A DNA stretch of 64,000 bases from positions 73,152 to 137,151 of the forward strand of contig CAWECG010000001.1 of the NCBI GenBank assembly GCA_963807605.1. The letters are read 5' to 3'. The stretch comes from Candidatus Bathyarchaeota archaeon (GTDB lineage: Archaea; Thermoproteota; Bathyarchaeia; 40CM-2-53-6; RBG-13-38-9). The notes under the pieces were generated by a model. It did no database searches, was not told where the DNA came from, and saw nothing but the letters and a program-made list of their open reading frames with translations. How positions within the stretch are numbered: position 1 is the first letter of the stretch; every line of letters begins with the position of its first letter. A program made the position numbers and the translations under genes. This document shows positions 11,021 to 20,099 of this stretch, piece after piece.

Positions 11021-11677
11021 CTAAAATGAAAGGCTCACAGGCTCTCCCATAGAAGTCTTGAGGAGTATGGCTGAGACATTGCGTAGTCCCCGCTCAAGCT
11101 TACCCTCTAGGGTCGAGAAGACCGCTTGAATATTCTCTGAGAGGTCTTCGTTGGACATTTCGTCGCTGCCGACTCTGCATTGGATGACGGGTTGATCCCT
11201 AACCCGAATCTTTACCGTTCTCTTGCCCTGGTCTATGATCTCGGCTATTGGCGCATTCGGACTGATTGGGCTAGGCATTTTTCCTCTTGGACCTAAGACT
11301 GGACCGATCGTTTTACCGACTAAAGGCATGAGGCTAGCCTCGGCGATGAAGAAGTCGCAATCGTTCTGCAGCTTTCTGGAAGCCTTCTTATCTTTTGCCA
11401 TTTCATCAAGTTGATCTCTCCCGATAACAAGGTCTGCATTAGCCTCCTTCGACCTTAACGCGAGATCGCCGGTGGCGATTACACAGACTCTGACTGTCTT
11501 GCCTATTGGGTGTGGAAGTATGACTGCTTGGTTAATCCTGTTCTCGGGTTTCTTTAAGTCGAGATCCTTGAGTTTGATTATGAGTTCTAGCGATTGCTTG
11601 AACTTGCGTTTCTCCTGTTTCTTTATGTCCTCAAGGGTTTTCTGAATATTCTCTTTTGTCAACGGCAAGCGTCTCAC
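11021..11677 (-). CDS. rpl1: Ribosomal protein uL1
   Basis: RKFKQSLELII.LKDLD, LGPRGKMP, KTSMG. Confidence 0.96.
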   Translation of the reverse strand: MRRLPLTKENIQKTLEDIKKQEKRKFKQSLELIIKLKDLDLKKPENRINQAVILPHPIGKTVRVCVIATGDLALRSKEANADLVIGRDQLDEMAKDKKASRKLQNDCDFFIAEASLMPLVGKTIGPVLGPRGKMPSPISPNAPIAEIIDQGKRTVKIRVRDQPVIQCRVGSDEMSNEDLSENIQAVFSTLEGKLERGLRNVSAILLKTSMGEPVSLSF

Positions 11678-11858
11678 CCATGGTTACTGTGGTGATCTTG
11701 AAAGTGTCTATTACCCTCCAACTAATGGCGTTAATTAGTATTTCGTACTCTACAAAGTGATGTCTTCTGGTTTGGTCTCACATTCCGGTCTGTACTCTTT
11801 AGGGGGGAATCTAAGCGAATAAATCCAGAGTGCCTTTACAGGTTCATCTGGTTGAGGT

Positions 11859-12350
11859 TTACTTTAGTAACGTGTTGTGTTTTCCTTGATCCACTTCTCT
11901 CTGTACTTCTCGCGGATCCTTGTTGTCAACGGTCACTCCAATACTTACGAAGGTCCCCAGCACTTCCTTCAATGCTGCTTTGGAATCTTTGGAGTACGTG
12001 TCCTTCATCTTCATCTGTGCGATCTTCAGCGTTTGCTCAATTGAAAGGTTCCCGATCTTCTCTAGCTTTGGATTTCCTGAGCCTTTCTCTGCGCCAAGTT
12101 CCTTTATTATCAGGGCCGAGGTTGTCGGAGTCCCTATCTCTACGTCAAACTCCTTTGTCGAAACATCCACCGAAATCTTGACAGGGACTTTCATTCCAGC
12201 GTAGTCTTTCGTCAATTCGTTTATGCGGTTCACTATCTGCAGTACGTTGACTCCTAGAGGGCCCAGTGCTGGACCCAGAGGAGGACCTGCGGTAGCTTCT
12301 CCGCCGTTGATCAGAGCTTCAATCTGTTTCTTTTCTGCCAACTCCTTCAC
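11859..12350 (-). CDS. rpl11: Ribosomal protein uL11
   Basis: GGEATAGPPLGPALGPLG, GMKVPVK, PTTSALI. Confidence 0.97.
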   Translation of the reverse strand: MKELAEKKQIEALINGGEATAGPPLGPALGPLGVNVLQIVNRINELTKDYAGMKVPVKISVDVSTKEFDVEIGTPTTSALIIKELGAEKGSGNPKLEKIGNLSIEQTLKIAQMKMKDTYSKDSKAALKEVLGTFVSIGVTVDNKDPREVQREVDQGKHNTLLK

Positions 12351-12810
12351 CTCTGCCGGCGCCTATTCGTCTAACATAGTCTGCATGCACAGTTATTGGC
12401 AGAGTTGCAAAACCCTCTTCAAGCAACTCTATCGTGACTTCTTCCTTCACCTTGTCCATGTGCGTGATCTTAGCCCTAAGTCCTCTGAATGGTCCAGCAA
12501 TCACCTCGACCAGGTCAGAATTGCTGAGATCCTCTATAGTTGGCTTCGTAACGATAAAGCGTTCGATTGTTGAGAGTGGAACCGAACCTTTGGTTTTGGC
12601 TCGTGCATGTTTTATGCCCGACATGGCTTCGTCGACTACGTGAGGGCCGGAAGCCTCTACAAAGACGTAGCCTTTGATAGCTTCGGATACTAGGACAGAG
12701 AAGACGGGCAACTTCTTCATCAATGATCTTGATGTAAGAACTTCGGCAACGGTTCTTTCTTGTCCGCCTGTTGTTCGAATTGCAAAGATCATATTGCTTC
12801 CTTCAATCAA
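12319..12810 (-). CDS. spt5: Transcription elongation factor Spt5 (NusG)
   Basis: FAIRTTGGQE NGN domain, KGYVFVEA, KOW motif VEVIAGPFRG. Confidence 0.95.
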   Translation of the reverse strand: MIEGSNMIFAIRTTGGQERTVAEVLTSRSLMKKLPVFSVLVSEAIKGYVFVEASGPHVVDEAMSGIKHARAKTKGSVPLSTIERFIVTKPTIEDLSNSDLVEVIAGPFRGLRAKITHMDKVKEEVTIELLEEGFATLPITVHADYVRRIGAGRGEGVGRKETD

Positions 12811-12820
12811 CGATTATCGC

Positions 12821-13000
12821 TTAGGTGGCGGATCCTGTGCCCAAGAAAAGAAAGAGAATCTTAACCATGAATCCTATCCCCCCGATCAAGGCTATCCCCA
12901 GCAGAGAGATTCGCAACAAAAGCCACACTTCCTCTCGAGTAGGTTTGGAGGAGGCGTGGACCAGTCGTCTCGTTGATTTGATGAACTGTCCTATGCTCAA
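12821..13000 (-). CDS. secE: Protein translocase SecE/Sec61-gamma (59 aa; missing from the ORF track)
   Basis: Hand translation from TTG: MSIGQFIKSTRRLVHASSKPTREEVWLLLRISLLGIALIGGIGFMVKILFLFLGTGSAT. KP.REE motif plus one TM helix; conserved position upstream of spt5. Confidence 0.92.
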   Translation of the reverse strand: MSIGQFIKSTRRLVHASSKPTREEVWLLLRISLLGIALIGGIGFMVKILFLFLGTGSAT

Positions 13001-13275
13001 CCCTATAGCCTCAACACCTTAGACTTAGATCTATCATGTGCCTTATCTTTAACGATTCAACGTAGACAGATGAACTGACGCAAATTAAGTTTACCTTTTT
13101 GGTATCTGTTTCTTTCGGAGAGCTTCATATAGTGCAGGACTGGTAATTCTCGTGTGAAGTCTACGACGTCTCTGATGAGACTCGACTTTTCTCGCTGGTA
13201 CTGGATCGCTGACTTTGACGATTAACGCGTGCTCTTCCATCTAATGCGAATAGTCTGTGGTTTGAACGCACGCTT

Positions 13276-14088
13276 TCAGACTCTCACGAGACTAATGTTC
13301 ATCTTTTCAAGCGTTGAGACTAGCTTCTTCCTAGCCTGGGATTTGAGACCCTTCCAGTCGATCACAGCCGTATCACAACCGCCAAGCGTTCTTCTGAAAG
13401 CTTGATCGACAACATACGAATCATACTCTTGAAAGAAGTAGTCTGGGAGTATGTGGCCAATGGCAAAGTCTCCCTCGGCAACGGTGGCTGTATGTTTTGG
13501 TGAGTAGTGACCGCCACCGAAGCCTACTGCTGACTTGCCTAGTCCGCGTTCGCTGGCGGCCTTTAACGCGGCTTCGGCCGCAACCTCGGCTGCTTTTACA
13601 CTTATCCACTGCTGGTTGGTACTGCCGATCTCTACGAATAGGACGGGCGTATGAAGTTCAGTCGGTCCATGATGTGTCGCCTCTAATGAGACGGAGTATT
13701 CTCGAAGTCCCAGTTGGTTGGTCGATTCCAAGAGTGCATTGAGGGCGGACTGCAGTCTCTGAGGGTCGGCCCAAGCCAGGGCTCTCGGAAAGCCTCCAAA
13801 CCGGTTGCTGCGTCCCGTGTTACCCGGCACGTGAGCTGTCAAAGTGGGCCTGCCGCTCCCGCTACTGTGACGTGAGATGCAGACTATGGCTTCAGCATGG
13901 TAACTCAAATCGGCATCGCGCATGTCAAGAACATCTCCGTCTACCTGCAAGAGCAGGAGATCCCCTTTTTCAAAGACGGTTTTCTTTCCATTCTCTGTCC
14001 GGTATTTGAATCCGAAATTGGCAACTAGTCTTTCGGCGATGTTCGTTGCTGCTGGGTCAGACTTCGATCCCACTATTAAGACAGGCAA
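13276..14088 (-). CDS. dtdA: D-aminoacyl-tRNA deacylase (DTD2/GEK1 family)
   Basis: SRHSS..G.PTLTAHVPGN, EATHHGPT, FVEIGS, GFGGGHY. Confidence 0.93.
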   Translation of the reverse strand: MPVLIVGSKSDPAATNIAERLVANFGFKYRTENGKKTVFEKGDLLLLQVDGDVLDMRDADLSYHAEAIVCISRHSSGSGRPTLTAHVPGNTGRSNRFGGFPRALAWADPQRLQSALNALLESTNQLGLREYSVSLEATHHGPTELHTPVLFVEIGSTNQQWISVKAAEVAAEAALKAASERGLGKSAVGFGGGHYSPKHTATVAEGDFAIGHILPDYFFQEYDSYVVDQAFRRTLGGCDTAVIDWKGLKSQARKKLVSTLEKMNISLVRV

Positions 14089-14121
14089 GTCCTCGCCTCG
14101 TAGTTCAGGTTCGTTCTCGAA

Positions 14122-15070
14122 TCAAAGAAGCAAAGCTAGGAGGCTTTTCGTTGTGTGTAGTCTGTTTTCAGCTTGATCCCAAACCACGGATTGAGGGCCG
14201 TCGATAACCTCTCCTGTGACTTCCTCACCTCTTCGACAAGGAAGTGGATGCATAAAGATGGCTGCGCTGGATGCTGAAAGCATTAATTCGGAATTGACTT
14301 GGTATTCCGGTAGGAAAGATCTCAGTCTCTCCTCTCTCTCAGCCTCCTGTCCCATGCTCACAAAGACATCCGTGTAGACAATGTCTGCTTCTGCAACTGC
14401 GTGCTTAGGGGATGTGGTGATGTCAACACTCGAACCTGTAGTCTCAGCGTTTTTTTTGGCTGTTCTCACGAATTCGGGGTCAGGCTCGTATATGGCTGGG
14501 CAGGCGACTGCTATGTTTATGCCCATCTTTGAACAGCCGATCAAGAGAGAGTTGCAGACGTTGTTACCATCTCCGACATAGGCTAAAGTGAGGTTTTCAA
14601 GGGTGCGTTTCTTCTCCCAGATTGTCATAAGATCTGCGATGGTCTGCACAGGATGTTCCTTATCGGACAGACCATTTATTACTGGTACAGCCGAGTATCG
14701 GGCCAACTCATCCAGTGTGCTGTGTGAGGTCACTCTGGCAACTATTCCGTCAACATACCCGCCAAGTGTTCTGGCCGTGTCGGCTACAGTCTCTCCCCGG
14801 CCAAGCTGCAAGTCTAGCCAATTCAGATAGAGCGCATGCCCGCCAAGTTGACGCATAGCCACTTCAAATGAGGCTCTTCTCCGATCACCAAGGTTAGACC
14901 TCAGGTGATGTTCGGGTAGAGGGCTTCTGAAAGATCATAGCCAGACTCTTACTTGGAAGTAGCTTGGACATCCGTCTCCTCTTAAGATTCCTTGCAAACT
15001 TCAGGGTTCGCCAAATTTCACTATTCCCGTAGTCCTGCAGTGAGAGGAAGTCCCTTCCCTTTATCGACAT
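14122..15070 (-). CDS. argF: Ornithine carbamoyltransferase, two exons (15070-14910 and 14878-14122), 305 aa after removal of the 31-nt insert
   Basis: ATG 15070 follows an AGGTGA SD; exon 1 reads MSIKGRDFLSLQD...MIFQKPSTRT; exon 2 reads RASFEVAMRQLGG...INGLSDKEHPVQ, GDGNNV, YTDVFVSMGQE, MHPLP, DQAENRLH. Confidence 0.93.
14879..14909 (-). other. Putative bulge-helix-bulge/loop (tRNA-type) mRNA intron, 31 nt
   Basis: mRNA reads CUCU-AC-CCGA-AC^A-UCACC(UGAGGUCUAACCUU)GGUGA-UCGG-AG^A-AGAG. There is a 4-bp CCGA/UCGG helix between two 3-nt bulges, and excision restores both the frame and STRTR. Confidence 0.82.
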
Positions 15071-15237
15071 ATTTTCACCTGAGAATAGTGGTGAGGTGGC
15101 AGTATATAGTCGCTAAGGAAGCGGATCTGTGGTCGCGTTGAATTGGCATACGAAAAAGAAAATGTTGTGATATCCGCCTAGATAAAAAGGGGTATGACTC
15201 GCCGTTGCGTTAGTGGATGCTCCCCCAGGTCTCTACA

Positions 15238-15771
15238 TCACGTAGCTTCAAACTCTATTCTCAAAGTCATGCCGCTGATCTCCTTTGCAAGTCTTCTGGC
15301 AAGCTCAAAGTCAACGGGCATGTGTCGAGGTCTTCTTCCGTGAAGTATGACTTTAGTCTCAGTAATCTCGCCAGGCAACCAGACAGTGTTGATCGTCAGA
15401 ATTGAGATTGGACTGAAAAGATCCTCTATGAGTTGCCTTGAGTCGCCACTATAGCCGAGAACCTTGATTCTACGACCCGTCTTCTCTCCTACGGCACGCA
15501 CAATCTTCCCACCAGAGCTAAGCACCTTGCCAACATCCTGTTTGTTAACTAGTATGGCTAGAACCTCCCCGGATTCAATAGCTCGTTCAAACGAGACGTC
15601 CTGCAGTATTGGAAACTCTTTCTCCAACTCATATAGGATTCTAACGATCCTTAGGTCTAGGTCTGTTATCTGGCCTTTTCTGAGTTTCTCCTCGCACCTT
15701 GGACATAAGACTCCGCTCTTGACACAGAAGTTGTCCAGAGTGGTCTTCACCAAGATGTTTTCCTCCAACAA
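15238..15771 (-). CDS. NusA-like KH-domain transcription factor (archaeal)
   Basis: N-terminal C.KSG.LCPRC..K, KH-like GKVLSSGGKIVR, INTVWLP. Confidence 0.8.
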   Translation of the reverse strand: MLEENILVKTTLDNFCVKSGVLCPRCEEKLRKGQITDLDLRIVRILYELEKEFPILQDVSFERAIESGEVLAILVNKQDVGKVLSSGGKIVRAVGEKTGRRIKVLGYSGDSRQLIEDLFSPISILTINTVWLPGEITETKVILHGRRPRHMPVDFELARRLAKEISGMTLRIEFEAT

Positions 15772-16194
15772 GGAAGGAGCCGTCTGGACTCATGGATATA
15801 GTGTTGGTCCTTTCTTGAAAACATCCTCACGGCTATCCTACTGCTCTTCTACTGTTTTTGTGTACGCTACATTGAAACGGACAATAAATGCGTTATGGTT
15901 TCAAAATTCCGCGATAGCTGAAAGCACCTAGCTATTCAGATTCGCATAAGAACTGGTTCTGAATTACACTGAGCGGTTATGCAATTGTCCACTGGGAAAG
16001 GGAGAGATTTAGTCAAGCTCAGGGTGAAATCGTGTTGGCAAACCTCCACGATTTTGATTTGTTAATGGTGGTTACAAGCCGAGGGATCGAAGAAGCGCAT
16101 CGCGGGCTGTCCCAATGAATCTGATCTGCGTTCCGACAAGAATCGGTTTCTTATCGGACTTTCCGGTATTTGAGCACAATGTGCAAATCTTAAA

Positions 16195-17559
16195 ATGAAA
16201 TACAATGCCCAGAAGTACAAGAGTTGGGATAAGAACGTGAAAATCGAGCCTTTGGACTCTTGGCGAAGGACACATTACTCAAGCATGGTTACGCCTGACC
16301 TCGATGGTAGCGAAGTGACGATTTTTGGCTGGATCCAAGACATACGTGACCTTGGAAACATAGTCTTCATCACTTTGAGGGACAGAGAAGGTATTCTTCA
16401 GGTCACTGCAACGTCCAAGAAAGCTGACCTTGATACTTTTCAGAAACTCAAGAGCTTGGGAAAGCAATTTGCGGTTGGAATAAAAGGCATTGTCGCCAAG
16501 AGGGACGAGGCTCCGCGTGGCGTCGAGCTGATTCCAAGAGAAGTCAAAGTCCTAGGGCTGGCGAGTTCCCCTCTGCCCTTGGATCCAACTGGAAGAGTGC
16601 CGGCCGACGTTGACGTTCGACTGGATGCCCGGATTCTAGACCTGCGGAGACCCGAGCCGCAGGCTATCTTCAAGGTCAGGCATGAAATTGTTAGTGTGAT
16701 CAGACAATTCCTAAGTGAGAGGGGCTACCTCGAGGTACACACCCCGAGGATAATAGCTGCTGCTGCTGAGGGGGGTGCATCCCTCTTCCCAGTTGAATAC
16801 TTCGACGAGAAAGCCTACTTGGCGCAGAGCCCTGAGCTGTACAAGGAAGAGTTAATCTCAGTCTTTGAGAAAGTCTTTGAAATAGGGACCTTCTTCAGGG
16901 CTGAGGAATCACACACCAGAAGACATCTGAATGAGTTCATCTCCGTCGATGTTGAAGAAGCCTTTGCAGAAGCAAAAGATGTCATGACCCTTCAGGAAGA
17001 ACTCCTAGCAAGCATACTGAAGAGGCTTGAAAAGAGATGTGCGACCGAGCTTGGCATACTTAGCCTAGAACTTCCGTCGATCAGATTGCCTCTTACCAGA
17101 TACACCTACTCCGAAGTTATCGATCAATTACAAAAAAGTGGCTTCGAGATTCGGTGGGGCGACGATCTATCTACGCCAGCGTCTAGAGCTCTCGGGCAAC
17201 TTCACAAGGACGAGTTCTACTTTGTGACTGAATGGCCAACCAAGACCCGGCCCTTCTACATCAAGCCAAGAGCCGATAAGAAGGAGATCTGTGAAGCTTT
17301 TGACTTCATGTTTGAATGGATTGAGATAACATCAGGTGGTTCAAGAGTCGATGACAAGCAGCAACTAATCGAGAGACTTAGAGAACAGGGACTCTCACCT
17401 GCAAGTTTTGATTTCCACCTTAAGACTTACGATTATGGAATGCCCCCTCACGCTGGATGGGGTATGGGCCTGGACAGACTTGTCATGGCCATCCTGAGAA
17501 GAGAGAATATCCGGGACGTGGTCCTCTTCCCAAGGGATAGATTCAGACTCAGACCTTGA
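16195..17559 (+). CDS. aspS: Aspartyl-tRNA synthetase (archaeal; probably non-discriminating)
   Basis: RRTHYS, GW..IRDLG, RLDARILDLR, YLAQSPELYKE, FRAEES, GMPPHAGWGMGLDR, LFPRDR. Pro in the 'EAPRG' loop is typical of ND-AspRS. Start may be GTG ~16237. Confidence 0.96.
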   Translation: MKYNAQKYKSWDKNVKIEPLDSWRRTHYSSMVTPDLDGSEVTIFGWIQDIRDLGNIVFITLRDREGILQVTATSKKADLDTFQKLKSLGKQFAVGIKGIVAKRDEAPRGVELIPREVKVLGLASSPLPLDPTGRVPADVDVRLDARILDLRRPEPQAIFKVRHEIVSVIRQFLSERGYLEVHTPRIIAAAAEGGASLFPVEYFDEKAYLAQSPELYKEELISVFEKVFEIGTFFRAEESHTRRHLNEFISVDVEEAFAEAKDVMTLQEELLASILKRLEKRCATELGILSLELPSIRLPLTRYTYSEVIDQLQKSGFEIRWGDDLSTPASRALGQLHKDEFYFVTEWPTKTRPFYIKPRADKKEICEAFDFMFEWIEITSGGSRVDDKQQLIERLREQGLSPASFDFHLKTYDYGMPPHAGWGMGLDRLVMAILRRENIRDVVLFPRDRFRLRP

Positions 17560-17575
17560 AGGTCGGGTTGTTGAT

Positions 17576-17740
17576 CTACTTCGCTCCGAGTTCGCGTTTC
17601 TTCCATCTGAGATGCCCGCCATGACATTTTCTACATCTGTATGCGGCGGCTGAATTCTTGACTCCGCAATCTCTACAAATCTTATAGAATAGCCTATGTT
17701 TTTGTGCCAACTGTTTCTTAGCTATGTCTGTTATGGGCAT
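17576..17740 (-). CDS. rpl40e: Ribosomal protein eL40
   Basis: MPITD..KKQLAQKHRLFYKICRDCG.KN....YRCRKC...LRWKK zinc ribbon. Confidence 0.93.
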   Translation of the reverse strand: MPITDIAKKQLAQKHRLFYKICRDCGVKNSAAAYRCRKCHGGHLRWKKRELGAK

Positions 17741-17923
17741 TCCCGATGACCTCGGACAACACAAGGGACTGATTCGGGCAAATATGTCTTTTGGATAAGA
17801 CTTGCGTTAATTTTGAGAGAACCTTAATACAATAGGCTTCCGGATAAAAAGGCCAAACAATGATTCGTCGAAGGTGTCTTTGCAAGCAGGCTTAGCTTTG
17901 AAAACACATGGCTGGTTGATTGG

Positions 17924-18346
17924 TTGAGGCTGGAAAAGATCCTAGGAATTGTACTGAGCGCAGCTGGCCTCACATGCCTAGCTCTAGGAATCTTCTCAGT
18001 AAGCAGATTGATGAACATCTTCATCCCGAATATGGAGGAGGCAACAAGCAATGAGTTGGCATCATTCTTCTATATCTCAACACCGCAGACGATTCTCTGG
18101 TCTATAGCCTTTGTAACCTTCTTTGCCTCGGGGATGTTCCTGACGACAAGAACTGCCGGATTAACTGAAGAAGTAGATGAGCTCTCAAAAGTCTTGAGAG
18201 AGAGCGGAGACCCAGAAATCCTTGCTGCGAGCCAAGATTCAGAGGAACAAGTGAAAAGCGAGGCAGATAATAGGGTACTAACCATTAAGGCCGAGGTCCT
18301 TAAGGCCATTGAACGACTTGAGAAACTGGACCAGTCAACTGATTGA
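17924..18346 (+). CDS. Hypothetical membrane protein (2 TM plus acidic coiled-coil tail)
   Basis: 140-aa ORF with two hydrophobic segments; no family recognised. Confidence 0.6.
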   Translation: MRLEKILGIVLSAAGLTCLALGIFSVSRLMNIFIPNMEEATSNELASFFYISTPQTILWSIAFVTFFASGMFLTTRTAGLTEEVDELSKVLRESGDPEILAASQDSEEQVKSEADNRVLTIKAEVLKAIERLEKLDQSTD

Positions 18347-18668
18347 TTAAACGCGCATGTTTCTTCTGCTTCACTCCCAAATCCTGCAAAAGGCAAAGAT
18401 TGTCTGCTGCTCCGATGGTCTAACTAAGGCCGACGAAGAGGCTTCGAAGTTCAATCATGCTGAGAGTCCGCAAGAAGCCCTTCAGATGACTTTAAAAGAA
18501 ACGGGGACAAAAGAGTAAAGTCGGAAACGCGAAATGTGGAGAGATACTTCTAATAATCACCTCGTTCCTAAAGATGATGAAGAAAGAAGGGGTTTAGCAA
18601 AGCCTGGACAGGACGCCATGCGAAAGCTTTACTTAACCCATTCTAAAATTATAGTTGGAGAGTGACGA

Positions 18669-19937
18669 TTGTCTATGGGCCAAGAACCCTATTATCCTTA
18701 TGATGAGGAGAGAAGGAGAGCGGCCGCGCGTGCTATGGGCCAAGAACCCTATTATCCTGGTGATGAGGAGAGAGGGAAGAGAGATAGACAGAGGGATGAG
18801 AGTGGTGCTACTTCTAAAAGGCAGATTTATGCCCTTGTCGGACTGTTCATGATAAGTGTTCTGGTAATCGGTGTAGTTCTAGCTCTCTTGTCCAGCGGAG
18901 TAGGTCAAAGCAGCGGCAACGGGAGTTGGTGGCAGAAGGTCTCCATAACACACACACCCATCACAACATCATCACTCGGCACGGATATAGTGGTAACCGC
19001 CAACGTCATCGGAACCCCCAAAAATGTCACATTAAACTATCTAATCATACCTAACAATGCCACATATTCAATAATTCGGACCGTTGCACCAGAGACCGTT
19101 TATATGCTCTTACTGTCGCCTGGAGGTACTCAGTATTCCTATACGATTCAAGGCACTGAGGTGCTGGGGGACGTGACCTATTACATATCGGCTGCTGATG
19201 CCTATGGAAACAGCGCGGTAACACCACAATATAAAATACTGGTCGATGATTACAATATCCAAACTTCGCTTAAACTGATGACTGTCTATGTGTCGTATCC
19301 TGCAACGACAACGGTTTACGTGAATTCCCTTAACAATTGGGTCTCTCCAATCTCATTGAGAGCCACCGTGCTCGGTCTGCAAGCACTACCGGGAGGATTG
19401 GAAGCGGACTTTACCCCGCAGACTGTGTCACCACCTAAGGGTGGAACAGTGACCGCAACAATGACAGTAAGGGCTACATCAAACCAATTCGTTCCAGGTG
19501 GCATCTACTATATGAGAGTGGAGGGGCTTGCTTCTACTCCAAGAGGGTCCTTCATGAGAAACGGTTCAGAAACACAACTTGAGGTTCCTGACTTCAATTT
19601 CACAGTGACCCCGACAGCCCAGAGCGTGGTAAGACAAGTCGTCAACCAGATAGTCGAGCAGATAACACCCTTCAATCTCACAATAAATATAAATCAGGGA
19701 TTCGAGTCAACGCTAGCCTTCCGTACTTCCGGTCTGCCCACAACTGGATTATTCATACGTTGGCTTAATGCAAATTCTACTATTCACACGAACGGAAGAA
19801 CCATTGTGACTCTTCAGATCGTAACAGATACCTCGGTTGAAACAGGCAGTTATACGTGTACTATTTACGTTTCAGCTGGAGGGCTCGAGAAGTGGCAACA
19901 AGTCTCATTCGTTGTATTAGCGACCACGCAATCATAA
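18669..19937 (+). CDS. Membrane-anchored extracellular beta-rich (Ig-like repeat) protein
   Basis: Charged N-terminus, one TM (IYALVGLFMISVLVIGVVLALL), then Thr/Val/Ser-rich segments such as DFNFTVTP, LPGGL..F.P..V.P and G.Y...I. Confidence 0.7.
   Translation: MSMGQEPYYPYDEERRRAAARAMGQEPYYPGDEERGKRDRQRDESGATSKRQIYALVGLFMISVLVIGVVLALLSSGVGQSSGNGSWWQKVSITHTPITTSSLGTDIVVTANVIGTPKNVTLNYLIIPNNATYSIIRTVAPETVYMLLLSPGGTQYSYTIQGTEVLGDVTYYISAADAYGNSAVTPQYKILVDDYNIQTSLKLMTVYVSYPATTTVYVNSLNNWVSPISLRATVLGLQALPGGLEADFTPQTVSPPKGGTVTATMTVRATSNQFVPGGIYYMRVEGLASTPRGSFMRNGSETQLEVPDFNFTVTPTAQSVVRQVVNQIVEQITPFNLTININQGFESTLAFRTSGLPTTGLFIRWLNANSTIHTNGRTIVTLQIVTDTSVETGSYTCTIYVSAGGLEKWQQVSFVVLATTQS
18673..18772 (+). 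repeat. 60-bp-period tandem duplication (MGQEPYYPxDEER x2)
   Basis: ctatgggccaagaaccctattatcct..tgatgaggagaga at 18673 and 18733. Confidence 0.9.
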
Positions 19938-20099
19938 ATGGAGTATTAACGCTCGCTTCTTATGAGTTGTCCTTGCAGGATCTGAACAGATCAGTATAGG
20001 CTACATTAGCCTGACATCCAACTAAAGATTATTTCATGGAGCGGTAGCTAGCGCCTTCACAAGAAAGGGAATAATATCCTTTTAGAGTGACATCTCGGG

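Noticed and set aside
12825-13022. Plus-strand 65-aa ORF and the many other antisense or nested ORFs in the track
   Set aside because: They are shadows of real genes (here secE on the minus strand) with no recognisable motifs.
13150-13215. C/D-box sRNA between secE and dtdA (CTGATGA..CTGA)
   Set aside because: Box spacing is short, internal boxes are not identifiable, and no target was verified.
14862-14909. argF as a simple frameshifted pseudogene or a gene starting at GTG 14862
   Set aside because: A 14862 start loses the essential STRT motif. Both exons are otherwise intact and the insert has precise BHB geometry.
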